Source: Myxococcota bacterium
Lineage (GTDB): Bacteria > Myxococcota_A > UBA796 > GCA-2862545
DNA: 64,000 bases
Direction: 5' to 3'
Assembly: GCA_039208735.1 (NCBI GenBank)
Contig: JBCCQY010000015.1
Span: 1 to 64,000 of the forward strand
The translations under genes and the position numbers were made by a program. Under the pieces are notes generated by a model. That model was not told where the DNA came from. It searched no databases and worked only from the letters and a program-made list of their open reading frames with translations. Shown piece by piece: positions 43,764 to 53,477 of the stretch (position 1 is the stretch's first letter; each line of letters begins with the position of its first letter).

Positions 43764-45410
43764 GTGTGGGTGTGGGTCACCTTGGCAAGCGCGCAAGCGC
43801 AAGTCAGCGGGGGTGCGGTCCCCGAAATCAATGCACAAACGTTCCGCCCGACGGTGGATGGACGGCGCCTGCTGTGGCTTGACGACGGTGCCAAGGGCGA
43901 AAGCGGCGTCGTGGGGCGTGCGCTGCTCCAGTATGTCGATGATCCCCTGGTCTACGTCGACACCAACGATGAAGTCGTCGAACTGGTCTCGTCGATTCTC
44001 CAGCTTGATGTGCTGGCAGCCGCTCGCTTGGGCCCCCTGCGACTTGGTGTCGACGTGCCCATCTACTTGCTGGCCAACGGGTCGCCGAATGGCAACGAGA
44101 CGGGCCTTGGCGATCTAGGCATCGACGGCAAGCTTACGCTCCTCGACCGAGGGCTCGACCTGGCGATTGGCTCACGCTTCTTTTTGCCCACCTCCACCGT
44201 CGACCAAGCGTTGGGGAGCCCCAGCGTTGGCTATGAAGTGACGGGCATCGTCAGTGGAGATGCAGGTCCGCTCTTGCTCTCGGCCAACGTCGGAACGCGT
44301 GGTGGCCCTTCCGCTGAACTCGAGAACGTGGCACTCAACGACTTTTTGCTCGCTCGATTGGGCGCCGCGTTGCGGTTGTCCGAGGTGATCGACACGGCGC
44401 TCGAATTCAACGGCCAGTTTCCTTACACCACGCCCTTGGCCACGGCCGATGGGTCGCCCCTCGAGTTCCTGGCCAGCGCTGCGGTGCGTCCGCGTCGGAG
44501 CGACTGGGTGGTTCGTGCGGGGGGCGGCACGGGATTGCGCCCCGGAATTGGATCGCCCGACTACCGGCTCATTCTCGGCCTGGGGTGGGAGCCGAGAGAC
44601 GACGAGCCCGTCGTGGTGGAACCCGAGCCGCTTTGCCCGGGTGAGGTCGAAGATTTCGATGGCTTCGAAGACGAGGATGGGTGCCCGGAGCCCACGCCCG
44701 TCACGGTGAGCGTGATCGATGCTGAGACTGGAGAGCCCATCGATGTGGCCAAGGTCACGGTGGTTAGTCCCCGCCTGAAAGCGTCGGGCACCGTCACCTC
44801 AGAAGATCCGTTCACCCAGGACTTTGAAGCGGGTGAGGTGGAGATCACGGCTCGGGCCAAGGGCTACGTCGAGACGGTCGAGACCTTCGTGGTTGAGAAC
44901 GGTCCGCCTACCGAAGCGGTCGTCAAACTGCAGCCGCTCGGCAAGAAAATCATCGTGGTGAAGCGCAAGAAGCTCGAGATCAACCAGACCATCCAGTTCG
45001 AAACGAACTCGGATGTCATCAAAGCTGAGAGCTTCGAGCTGCTCAACGAAACCGCAGAGACCATCAAGGAATACAAGGAGATCCGCAAGTTGCGGATCGA
45101 GGGCCATACCGACCAGCGCGGCTCGGCTACCTACAACCTCGAACTGTCCAAGCGCCGGGCCGCTTCGGTCGTGCGGTATTTCATCGCGCAAGGCGTTGAA
45201 CCCGAGCGGCTCGAGAGCCAGGGCTATGGCGAAAGCAAGCTGCTCAACGAGGCAAACACCTCCGAGGCGTGGGCTGAGAATCGTCGCGTCGACTTCTTCG
45301 TAGAGTACTGGGAGCCCATCCCGATCCAGGTCGAGATCACCGAAATGACGGATGACATGGTGCCCATGGAACCCGAGGAACTCGAAGAGTCAGAAGCGGG
45401 ATCGCCTTAG
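43764..45410 (+). CDS. OmpA-family outer-membrane protein (N-terminal beta-barrel, TSP3-like Ca-binding motif, Ig-like domain, OmpA C-terminal domain)
   Basis: GGAGGG SD with GTG; barrel-like strands ending LGLGW; CPGEVEDFDGFEDEDGCPE; IEGHTD, NLELSKRRA and NRRVDF motifs. Confidence 0.85.
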   Translation: MWVWVTLASAQAQVSGGAVPEINAQTFRPTVDGRRLLWLDDGAKGESGVVGRALLQYVDDPLVYVDTNDEVVELVSSILQLDVLAAARLGPLRLGVDVPIYLLANGSPNGNETGLGDLGIDGKLTLLDRGLDLAIGSRFFLPTSTVDQALGSPSVGYEVTGIVSGDAGPLLLSANVGTRGGPSAELENVALNDFLLARLGAALRLSEVIDTALEFNGQFPYTTPLATADGSPLEFLASAAVRPRRSDWVVRAGGGTGLRPGIGSPDYRLILGLGWEPRDDEPVVVEPEPLCPGEVEDFDGFEDEDGCPEPTPVTVSVIDAETGEPIDVAKVTVVSPRLKASGTVTSEDPFTQDFEAGEVEITARAKGYVETVETFVVENGPPTEAVVKLQPLGKKIIVVKRKKLEINQTIQFETNSDVIKAESFELLNETAETIKEYKEIRKLRIEGHTDQRGSATYNLELSKRRAASVVRYFIAQGVEPERLESQGYGESKLLNEANTSEAWAENRRVDFFVEYWEPIPIQVEITEMTDDMVPMEPEELEESEAGSP

Positions 45411-45461
45411 TAACGGAAGCGGCTTCTGCGACACTTCCGATTCCAGGGTCTTGGAGGTGTC

Positions 45462-46223
45462 ATGATCGCTCTGTTTGCACTCGCCGCTTGTTCGTCGTCG
45501 AATCCGCCGCTCGAGACGGCGGTTCCAAACCCTGCGCCGACCACCGCGCCGTCGCCCGACCCGACCCCAGGTCCTGGCGATGCTGAGGTCGTCACCTTGA
45601 CGACCCGCGACGATGTGTCCCTCGAGGCGGACTTTTATGCGGCCGACGGCACGGGCGGGCCAGCGTTCGTGCTGCTCCACATGATTCCGCCGGGCAACGA
45701 CCGGGGCAACTGGCCGGCGTCGTTCATTTCGGCACTGAGCGAGGAAGGCTGGGCCGTGTTGGCCTTGGACCGTCGGGGAGCGGGCAACTCCGGTGGAAAT
45801 GCGACGGAGGCCTACACGGGACCTTCGGGCAAGTACGATGTGGAAGCAGCCACCTTGTTCCTCGCTGACCGCGGGTATGGCGATGTGGCCATCATCGGAG
45901 CGAGCAATGGCACCACGTCGATGATCGACTACACGGTGTGGGCTGGCGACAACGACCGCACGGTGCCGGTCGCGCTTGGTTTCATGACGGGGGGCAACTA
46001 CACCGAGAGCCAGACCGAGATGAGTACGGTGCCTCAGTTGCCAAGCGTCTTCACGTTCTCCACGGCCGAGCGTGCCTGGTCTGAAGATCAGCGTGACCTG
46101 GACCCAGGCACCTGGTCGTTCCAGGAGTACGACGGGGGAGCCCACGGGACCCGCATGTTCGATGCGAAGCCCGATGTCACCGCGGACCTGGTTGGATTCT
46201 TCGGTGGGGTTCTCGCGGAGTAG
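45462..46223 (+). CDS. Alpha/beta-hydrolase-fold lipoprotein
   Basis: LAA-C lipobox; VLLH, LDRRGAGNS, nucleophile elbow GASNG and HGT. Confidence 0.82.
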   Translation: MIALFALAACSSSNPPLETAVPNPAPTTAPSPDPTPGPGDAEVVTLTTRDDVSLEADFYAADGTGGPAFVLLHMIPPGNDRGNWPASFISALSEEGWAVLALDRRGAGNSGGNATEAYTGPSGKYDVEAATLFLADRGYGDVAIIGASNGTTSMIDYTVWAGDNDRTVPVALGFMTGGNYTESQTEMSTVPQLPSVFTFSTAERAWSEDQRDLDPGTWSFQEYDGGAHGTRMFDAKPDVTADLVGFFGGVLAE

Positions 46224-47282
46224 CTACCGCGGTGCCACGTGGGTGCGAACCGTGCCTTGACCAAGGGCCGCATTGAGACGCAGACGGCCCACCATCTCTT
46301 GGTCCTTCGTGGTCTCGAACGAGATCACATCCGCCACCGTGATGGGCGCGGGGGACTCGGGGACGGGACCTTCCGTACCCTGCAAGATGACGGTGTAGGC
46401 GCCGGCCGACAGTGGCGGCAGCACCACGGTTCCGTTGGTGGGACGGGTCGACCATGCCCAACCTTCGTCCTCGTGACGCACCGTCACCCGCTGGGCCCAG
46501 GCGGCCACTGCACCCACATCCACGGTGGGTCCGGTAGGCGCCCAGGTGAGGGTGACCCGGTTTTCAGCGTCGGGGTTGGGCGTCACGAAGGCGGGACGAG
46601 CCGGGGATCCGTCACATTCTGCCGTGATCGACGATGGGGTGATGGCGCGCGCGACGAAGGTGCCATCGTCACGGGCCATGGCTGGCGTCTGACCGACCTG
46701 GACCTTGCACGAGGCCGGTGTTTCGCCTGCCGCATCGTGGACGACGACCGTGATCTCGGCCCCCGCGCGGCGAATCGTCCACGTCGTTCCCGCATCGATG
46801 AGTTCGACCGCATGATCGGTGGCCTTGGTGCCACGACCCTCACGGCAGCTTACGAACGGCGGGGTGGCGGGCACCGCAGCGAGTTCGACCGTGGCCTCGG
46901 GGGTGCATTGGGGCACGGCCTTGGCCGTGAAGCCAGACTCGAAGCGCCACCCCAAAGTGACATCGCAGGCAATCGGAGGGCACGTCAGTGTACGCGGCGA
47001 GCGAGCGGGGACCTCTACGGTAATCGCCTGGCCAAGGTCCGACGTCCCTTGAACCCGTTGGTAGAAGACGTCGTCGAGTGAGAAATGGACCAGTTTGCTC
47101 GGGGGCATAATGGGCACCGCGAAGCGCCCTTGGGCGTCGGTCTTATGCTTGCCCTCGACCGAGTTCACCTCGATGTTGGAGAGCGGAGTGCCGTCGGCAT
47201 CGACGAGTTGGCCCACCATCGTCGTGTCGGTGGTTTCGGTGGGCGTCGGGGAGCAGGCAGTAAGCAGGGTCAATGCGATCAT
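46224..47282 (-). CDS. Hypothetical lipoprotein with carboxypeptidase-regulatory-like beta domains
   Basis: MIALTLLTA-C; GQLVDADGTPL...TDAQGRF; several Cys pairs. Confidence 0.7.
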   Translation of the reverse strand: MIALTLLTACSPTPTETTDTTMVGQLVDADGTPLSNIEVNSVEGKHKTDAQGRFAVPIMPPSKLVHFSLDDVFYQRVQGTSDLGQAITVEVPARSPRTLTCPPIACDVTLGWRFESGFTAKAVPQCTPEATVELAAVPATPPFVSCREGRGTKATDHAVELIDAGTTWTIRRAGAEITVVVHDAAGETPASCKVQVGQTPAMARDDGTFVARAITPSSITAECDGSPARPAFVTPNPDAENRVTLTWAPTGPTVDVGAVAAWAQRVTVRHEDEGWAWSTRPTNGTVVLPPLSAGAYTVILQGTEGPVPESPAPITVADVISFETTKDQEMVGRLRLNAALGQGTVRTHVAPR

Positions 47283-47408
47283 GGGAGCCATCCAGCGTCG
47301 CGGGTATGTAAAGCGGGCGAGGGGCGGTGCCCACACCTCCCATCATGCGGCCTCGTCGAGGGGAGTTTCACCTGTCATCAGGGGCCGGGACGAATCGTGA
47401 GGGACGAG

Positions 47409-47756
47409 ATGACGGAAGAGCCCCGCGTGGTGGGTCCAGGATTCCACGACAAGGTCTATGAGGTGGTCAAGCGCGTGCCGGCCGGGCGCGTCGCAACCTA
47501 CGGCGATGTCGCAACGGTGTTGGGCTCTCCCCGCGTGGCTCGTCACGTGGGGTGGGCCCTTGCCGCAGTCGTCGATCGTCCGGATGTCCCATGGCACCGG
47601 ATCATCAACGCCAAAGGAACGATCAGTGCCCGAGGTGATGTGGGTCGGGTCACCGTCCAACAACAACGTCTCGAAGAGGAAGGGGTGGTGTTTGACGACC
47701 GGGGCCGGGTCGACCTCAAGGTCTTCCGCCACGTGTTCGACCCCACCGTTTCATGA
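47409..47756 (+). CDS. Alkyltransferase-like protein (Atl/YbaZ, MGMT family)
   Basis: VPAGRVATYGDVA and ARHVGWAL; PWHR has Trp in place of the catalytic Cys; LEEEGV. Confidence 0.88.
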   Translation: MTEEPRVVGPGFHDKVYEVVKRVPAGRVATYGDVATVLGSPRVARHVGWALAAVVDRPDVPWHRIINAKGTISARGDVGRVTVQQQRLEEEGVVFDDRGRVDLKVFRHVFDPTVS

Positions 47757-47769
47757 CTTGGAGTCAACG

Positions 47770-48582
47770 ATGCGTTTGATGTGGTTAGCGCTGGGAGCAG
47801 GGGCGTGTATTGGTGATCTCCCACGGGAGATCATCGATACCGGTGGAGATGCTGACGCCGATACGGACGCGGATGCGGACGGTGACACGGATGCCGATGC
47901 GGACACGGACGCCGATACCGACGGGGACACGGACGCCGACACCGACGCGGACACAGACGCCGACGCCGACGCGGACACGGATGCGGACACGGACGCCGAT
48001 ACCGACGGGGACACCGACGCCGACGCCGACACCGCGGACACGGGTTTGCCAAGTGGCGCAGGGCCGCTGATCATCACGGGGGTGGTGGATGGACCGTTGC
48101 CCAACGGACGCCCGAAGGCGGTCGAGATCTATGTTGTCTCAGACATCGCGGACCTGAGTGTCTGCGCGTTTGGCTCTGCCAACAACGGAGGTGGGAGCGA
48201 TGGTCAGGAGTTCACGTTCCCGAGCGATGCCGTGACGGCGGGAGAGTTCGTCACGGTGGCTACCGAAGCCGTGGATTTCACCACCTTCTTTGGCGTGGCT
48301 CCGACCTACACCTCCAGCGTCGCATCCATCAACGGAGACGATGCCATCGAGTTGTTCTGCAACTCCATCGTGATCGACGTGTTCGGGGACATCAACGTCG
48401 ATGGTTCTGGGGAGCCGTGGGATTACCTGGATGGTTGGGCGTATCGCAACCCGGGCACTGGGCCCGACGGCGCCCTGTTCCAGCCGAACTCCTGGAGCTA
48501 CAGCGGTGTGGCGATCTGGGGGACTGCGACGACGAACGCAGCCGCGGCCTCTCCCTTCCCGATCGGCTCGTACGTCCCTTGA
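47770..48582 (+). CDS. Lipoprotein with an (Asp-x)n tract and a lamin-tail-like beta domain
   Basis: MRLMWLALGAGA-C; DADTD repeats; PKAVEIY...SANNGGG...INGDDAIEL..IDVFG. Confidence 0.8.
   Translation: MRLMWLALGAGACIGDLPREIIDTGGDADADTDADADGDTDADADTDADTDGDTDADTDADTDADADADTDADTDADTDGDTDADADTADTGLPSGAGPLIITGVVDGPLPNGRPKAVEIYVVSDIADLSVCAFGSANNGGGSDGQEFTFPSDAVTAGEFVTVATEAVDFTTFFGVAPTYTSSVASINGDDAIELFCNSIVIDVFGDINVDGSGEPWDYLDGWAYRNPGTGPDGALFQPNSWSYSGVAIWGTATTNAAAASPFPIGSYVP
47848..48045 (+). repeat. Coding hexanucleotide repeat (GAY-RCN/GGN)n encoding Asp-(Ala/Thr/Gly) dipeptides
   Basis: gacgccgataccgacggggacacggacgcc... is seen directly; about 30 Asp-x units. Confidence 0.92.
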
Positions 48583-49590
48583 CTATTCGCCGAGCGCTCG
48601 CCGCCAGGCTCGAACTGCGGCCGCCTCCTCGGCGGTGAGTTCTCGAGCTTCAAGCGCTTCAAGTTCCCGAAGCGCTGCGTCGGGCGCCTCCTCCGCGAGG
48701 CACTGCACCAGCAGCAAGGCGCCGGTCACGTCGCCGTCCTCGGCCAAGGCGTCCAGCCACGGTTCCGCGGTGGTACACCCTCCGCTTGCCATCGCGGACT
48801 CAGCTCGTCCTGCGAGTTCGGCCGCGCGGGTGCGGGGAGGGAGCTGCTTAACCGCGGCCACCGCATCGGAGGTTCGGTTGAGTTCGACGTAGGCGGCAAC
48901 TTGGCGTTGGCGCAGCAGGGTGCGCGTCGCGTCGAGGCCCTGGGGATGGGCCAGTGCTTGCTCGATGACCGCCAAACGTTCAGCAACCGCATAGTCCTGC
49001 CGTTCCATCCACAGCACCCGTCCAAACGCCGCTCCCGCGTCGGGATAGCACCAGCCGTCCGTCCCTGCCGACAGCACCATGGGGTCGGATTGGTCGACGC
49101 ATGTGACGGAAACGCGACCCCGCTCCACACTCGTTCGGGTGCCGAAGGGACCCCGCTCAACGTCGAAGATCGTTCCCAGAACGGTGACTTCGGCCTCCGG
49201 CGTGGTCACTCGAACCGTCTGGCCGGTATCTGGCTCGACATCCACCCGAATGCGGCCCGATGACCAGGTCACTTCGGTCACTTCGCCACGCACGACCGCT
49301 TCCCCTTCCCCCTCGGCCACTGCATTGACATTGGGAGTGAGGGCCACCGGTCCTTCCTCCCCGAACGACACGGTGTGGGTGCTGGGCCCGGACCGCGACA
49401 CCGCAACCGTGATCAAGGCGGTGGCGGCAAGGGCTACGGCCACGCCTACGGCGAGGTCGGTACGGCCTCGCTTGGGACGTCGAAGTCCCCGACGCAATCG
49501 GGCCCGGGCAGCATCCACTTCGTCCGGCGTGGGCTGGTTTGCGGTGGCCAGCCGCTGCAGGTCCTCTACGTACTCGAAGTCGCTGCTCAT
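48583..49590 (-). CDS. FecR-domain anti-sigma factor with a helical (TPR-like) C-terminus
   Basis: Single TM segment AVGVAVALAATALITVAV; VTTPEAEVTVLGTIFDV..SVERGRVSV; ATGA overlap with the sigma gene. Confidence 0.82.
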   Translation of the reverse strand: MSSDFEYVEDLQRLATANQPTPDEVDAARARLRRGLRRPKRGRTDLAVGVAVALAATALITVAVSRSGPSTHTVSFGEEGPVALTPNVNAVAEGEGEAVVRGEVTEVTWSSGRIRVDVEPDTGQTVRVTTPEAEVTVLGTIFDVERGPFGTRTSVERGRVSVTCVDQSDPMVLSAGTDGWCYPDAGAAFGRVLWMERQDYAVAERLAVIEQALAHPQGLDATRTLLRQRQVAAYVELNRTSDAVAAVKQLPPRTRAAELAGRAESAMASGGCTTAEPWLDALAEDGDVTGALLLVQCLAEEAPDAALRELEALEARELTAEEAAAVRAWRRALGE

Positions 49591-50294
49591 AGCTCGATCC
49601 GTTCGCTGTCGGACCAGGGCTCGAGGCCCCGCCGCTCGGCTTCGACGCGAAAGCATCGCCGGGCCGACGTCATTAGACGGTTCACGGTTCCTTGGGACAA
49701 TCCCATCAATTCGGCAATCTCAGGCCGCGTCCGGCGGTCCACGTAGGCATGCCACAGCAAGGTTCGCTCCTCCAGCGACAGCTGTTGCAAGATTTCGCGA
49801 ACCTGGGAGGCGCGCTCGGCTCTCTCGATTCCGGCGTAGGCACTCGGCGCTTCGCTCGGGCGGCGGTCCATCACCAGGCCAAACGTCCACCGGCGCAACC
49901 AAGGGCCTCGGGCGTGTTCCCGCAGCACTCGCCAGGTGATGGCCCACAACCAAGGGCGAAACCCGTGGGGTCGATCGAGTCGGTTCAATCGCTGGGCGGC
50001 TCGAATCATGACGTCGTGTGCGGCATCTTCGGGGTCGACCCGTTTCGCGGCGTTCCAGCGGCACCACCGCATCACTTCGGGCAGCCAGTGCTCGAGCAAT
50101 GCATGCTTGGCCTCTTCCTCGCCCTGCTGGGCCCGCTTGATCCACCAGGCGGTGACCACGTCTCGCGCGGCTTCCGCCAACGGACGGTCGCGCTGTTCGG
50201 CCCATTCCAAGGCTTCAGCGGGCAAGGTCCAAACGTCGACCTCAGGGCCGCCTATCGAGCGACAGAGACGTCGAGCTTCCTCGAGTGAATTCAC
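49587..50294 (-). CDS. ECF RNA polymerase sigma factor
   Basis: Region 2 DPEDAAHDV...FRPWLWAI; region 4 LSLEERTLL...EIAELMGLSQGTV. Confidence 0.88.
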   Translation of the reverse strand: MNSLEEARRLCRSIGGPEVDVWTLPAEALEWAEQRDRPLAEAARDVVTAWWIKRAQQGEEEAKHALLEHWLPEVMRWCRWNAAKRVDPEDAAHDVMIRAAQRLNRLDRPHGFRPWLWAITWRVLREHARGPWLRRWTFGLVMDRRPSEAPSAYAGIERAERASQVREILQQLSLEERTLLWHAYVDRRTRPEIAELMGLSQGTVNRLMTSARRCFRVEAERRGLEPWSDSERIEL

Positions 50295-51271
50295 GAACGC
50301 CTCCCGGGGCTTACCCCGACGGTCAGTTCAATCCGGTCTCGGGGCAAAAACACAGGTCCACCCCCCGCGACGATGCCCAAAGCCCGTAGATCACGCGTCC
50401 AACCCAGTTCCGCACGGAATCCCAGACGACCCGGTCGGACGTAGGTCATGTGGGCGCCCACCACGGGCATCACGCCCCGACCCAAAAACTGACGGTCGAG
50501 GGACAAGCGACGGACGTCGAAGCCTAACGACCCGCCGATTCCCAACCCGAGTCGGCCTGGAAATCCTTCGGCGGCAAAGCGCAGGTCAAACGAGCGGCCC
50601 ACCAAACGGCGGATCGGAATGGCAACCACGTCTTCGCCGTTGGCGGCATGCACATCGCGGTCGAGCCGCGCGCCTCCCCGGGCTCCGACAAAGAGGGGTC
50701 CGACTCGATGTAGCCACTGGCCCACCACGCCAAAGGACCGCTCGCTGTCGAAGCGGAAGAGCAAAGCCACCGACTCCCGGAAGTGCTTGACCTCGGTGGG
50801 GAGAAGGTCGACGACCGAAATGCGCACTACCTCGGGTGGCACGGCCGGCGGTGGAGCAAGGGAAGTCGGTAAGAGTTTGGGAACCACCACAGGCTCGGGC
50901 GCCTTGGGCTCGGGTTCGGGCGTCGGCTCGGGCGGAGGAGCCAGTCGCGATCGCAATGCGGATTGGGGGTCGGCCGGAGCGGGGCCGGTCCGCAAGACGA
51001 GCCCCAACGCGACAAAGAGCTGCTCGATTCGGCCTTCGGGATCTTCGGCCGGCACCAGCCCATCGACGGTGGCGCGTCGGGTGTCCAGCTCCACAGTGAG
51101 GACCCAGCGACCGTCGGAGCGAGTCCACGCCAGGTCGACCTCGTCCAACGACGGGTCTTGCATGGCTTGCGTGATGTGGCTCCACGCCTGCGCCCAACCC
51201 AACGGATCGAGGTCCGAAGGCACTGAGATGTCGGCCGCGAAGGCCGAGCAGGTGAGGAGCCAGGCGATCAT
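50291..51271 (-). CDS. Hypothetical secreted protein (N-domain, Pro-rich linker, putative C-terminal beta-barrel)
   Basis: MIAWLLTCSAFA signal; PPPEPTPEPEP; alternating amphipathic Gly/aromatic strands; 4-nt overlaps on both sides. Confidence 0.7.
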   Translation of the reverse strand: MIAWLLTCSAFAADISVPSDLDPLGWAQAWSHITQAMQDPSLDEVDLAWTRSDGRWVLTVELDTRRATVDGLVPAEDPEGRIEQLFVALGLVLRTGPAPADPQSALRSRLAPPPEPTPEPEPKAPEPVVVPKLLPTSLAPPPAVPPEVVRISVVDLLPTEVKHFRESVALLFRFDSERSFGVVGQWLHRVGPLFVGARGGARLDRDVHAANGEDVVAIPIRRLVGRSFDLRFAAEGFPGRLGLGIGGSLGFDVRRLSLDRQFLGRGVMPVVGAHMTYVRPGRLGFRAELGWTRDLRALGIVAGGGPVFLPRDRIELTVGVSPGRRS

Positions 51272-52620
51272 GGGGCTTCGACCCAGGTGCCAAACTCGCA
51301 GCCGAAGCTGCTATTCGGGCCAAGTTCCAAGGCCCCACAGGTCGATTCGAGGTGGACGCCAGGGGTCGGGAAGTCGACGCCGACCCCCATCAGGAAACCC
51401 TCCGAAACGCTGATCAGAGGCACTTCAGTGGCCCCCTCGCTCGCTTCGAATTGACCGCCGGTGAGCGCCACGGTCACGGCCTCGTAGCTGTCCACGTTGA
51501 CCGAACCACCTTGGTTGGTCGCAACGTTTGCGATGAACGTGGCGTCGGAAATGCGGACGTGGTCCGAAGTCCAGCTGTTGTGCCCAATGGCACCGCCGGC
51601 GTACTCCGCGACGTTGTCCGTGAACCGTCCGCCAACCACCTCCAAGGTGGTCATGCCGTGGCTGCCCGTGGCGATGGCCCCGCCTTCGTAGCCCGTGATG
51701 TTGGTGCGGAACGTCGACTCGGTCACGAAGGCACGCGTGCTGCCCCAACCGCCGGCCTGGATCGCGCCGCCGTTGTAGCCCGCGCGGTTGCCCTCGAAGG
51801 TGCTGTTCCAAGTAGCCAGAATGCTCACCGAGTCTTCGCCGACGTTGCCAAAGCTGATCGCACCGCCTTCGTACCCGCTCGTGTTGATGGCGAAGGTCGA
51901 GTCCCAGAGGGTCAGGCTCCGGTTTGTGGAGCGGCTGGTCCAACCGATGGCGCCACCGGCGTAGTCCGAACGGTTTTCGACAAAGGTCGAGCCTCGGACC
52001 TCGACGCACGTGTCGAAGACGTCAAGTGCTCCGCCGTTGCCTCGGAGGGCCTCATTGCCTTCGAATTGGACATTTTCGAGGAACAAGGTTCCGTGGCCAC
52101 TCGCGATGGCGCCGCCGTTCTGGACTGCGGTATTGCTGATGAACGTCGCGGCTTGCACGAGCAGATGGGAGCCTTGGGACCGAATCGCTCCGCCCTGCTC
52201 CGCGCGACCGTCGGCAAACGTGAGCCCTTGCAGGGTCACGGTGCTGTCAATGAGGTCGAGGGGGCGTCCTTGGGCTGCCCCGTCGAGGATGGTCGCGTCA
52301 GAGTCTGCGACGAGGGCGATGCGGCGCCGAGTGATGGTGATCGACTCGGTATGCCGACCCTCGCAGATCACGATGACATCGCCATCGGTCGAGGCATCGA
52401 CCGCCTGTTGGATGCTGTCGAACGACTGGTCGCCCAGGCGGGCCACTTGGCCTTCGGTGCACCTCGGAATCGTCGAGAGATCGGGGTCCGCAAACCCGTG
52501 AGGCTCGCACCGCGACTCGTCGATCACGGGGGCCACAACGGGATCCACTTCGGTTCCCGCGACCAAGAGGATCGGATTGCAAGGGGGCAGCAGTGCAGCA
52601 AGGATGACGGTGGTTCGCAC
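51268..52620 (-). CDS. Right-handed beta-helix protein with Pmp-like FxxN/GGA(I/L) repeats
   Basis: SIQQAVDAS..GDVIVICEG cap followed by eight GGA(I/L) repeats, most preceded by FxxN. Confidence 0.85.
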   Translation of the reverse strand: MRTTVILAALLPPCNPILLVAGTEVDPVVAPVIDESRCEPHGFADPDLSTIPRCTEGQVARLGDQSFDSIQQAVDASTDGDVIVICEGRHTESITITRRRIALVADSDATILDGAAQGRPLDLIDSTVTLQGLTFADGRAEQGGAIRSQGSHLLVQAATFISNTAVQNGGAIASGHGTLFLENVQFEGNEALRGNGGALDVFDTCVEVRGSTFVENRSDYAGGAIGWTSRSTNRSLTLWDSTFAINTSGYEGGAISFGNVGEDSVSILATWNSTFEGNRAGYNGGAIQAGGWGSTRAFVTESTFRTNITGYEGGAIATGSHGMTTLEVVGGRFTDNVAEYAGGAIGHNSWTSDHVRISDATFIANVATNQGGSVNVDSYEAVTVALTGGQFEASEGATEVPLISVSEGFLMGVGVDFPTPGVHLESTCGALELGPNSSFGCEFGTWVEAP

Positions 52621-52695
52621 GGGGCACCTTGGCTTGAGGTTGAGGCAGCTGCAACCCCACCATGCCGGGCCACTCGAATCCCGATCAAGAAACCA

Positions 52696-53403
52696 TCAAC
52701 GGCGCGCGAGCACCACCAACGACACCCCACCCAGGATCGTAGCGGCCGTCTTCGGAGCCCAGCGTTCGAAACTACGGCGAAAGGGCCTAAACAGGCGGCC
52801 CGGCAAGGACGTGGGAACGACGGGTACCCGATGAGTGGCCGTGCCTACGATGTTCAGTCCGGCTCGAACGAGCTTTGCGAGCGCGAGGTCCCGCGTGTAG
52901 GCGTGGCGATGACCCCAGCGTTCCCGAGCCGCGAGGAGCCGGGCCGGTCGAATCACGTCGAGCACAGATAGCTCCAATGGAATCCGCAACAGGTGCCAAG
53001 GCGCTCGCGGCGCAAGCGCAGCCAGAAAGGCCTCGTCGTCCACCAGGTGCTCGACGACGTCGATGGCCAAGCACACATCGGCCGTCACCGGGGTTTCGAA
53101 TACATCCCCGCATACAAACCGCAGTCGAGGGGCGCGGTAGGCTTCCGCGCGTCGAATCGCCTCCGGAGCAATGTCCCAGCCCTCCCACTCGGTGTCGGGC
53201 CAACAGGCATCAAAGCGGGGTTTGAGGGCGGATAAGACGCCCCCGGTGCCGCAGCCCACATCGAGCACCCGCGAAGGAACGCACGGGATGCGCTGAAGCC
53301 AAGGCGCCAACCCATCCGCCTTGGCTGGAGCATCGGCATCGTGCCAATCCGGATTGTGGTCCGCATAGGCCCCAGAACGGTAGGCATTCGGCTCCTTGCC
53401 CAT
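52696..53403 (-). CDS. Class I SAM-dependent methyltransferase
   Basis: VLDVGCGTG, GWDIA and DVVEHL motifs. Confidence 0.88.
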   Translation of the reverse strand: MGKEPNAYRSGAYADHNPDWHDADAPAKADGLAPWLQRIPCVPSRVLDVGCGTGGVLSALKPRFDACWPDTEWEGWDIAPEAIRRAEAYRAPRLRFVCGDVFETPVTADVCLAIDVVEHLVDDEAFLAALAPRAPWHLLRIPLELSVLDVIRPARLLAARERWGHRHAYTRDLALAKLVRAGLNIVGTATHRVPVVPTSLPGRLFRPFRRSFERWAPKTAATILGGVSLVVLARR

Positions 53404-53477
53404 AAGACCTTCATACTTCAGTTGACGGCTTGGCCTGGCTCCCGGTTTGATGCCGGAGACCGACGCCGGAGGGACGC

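Noticed and set aside
45415..45426. GAAGC-G-GCTTC hairpin after the OmpA gene as a terminator
   Set aside because: The stem is too short, the loop is 1 nt and there is no U-tract.
47848..48045. Possible CRISPR or non-coding VNTR
   Set aside because: No repeat-spacer structure; it is an in-frame coding dipeptide repeat.
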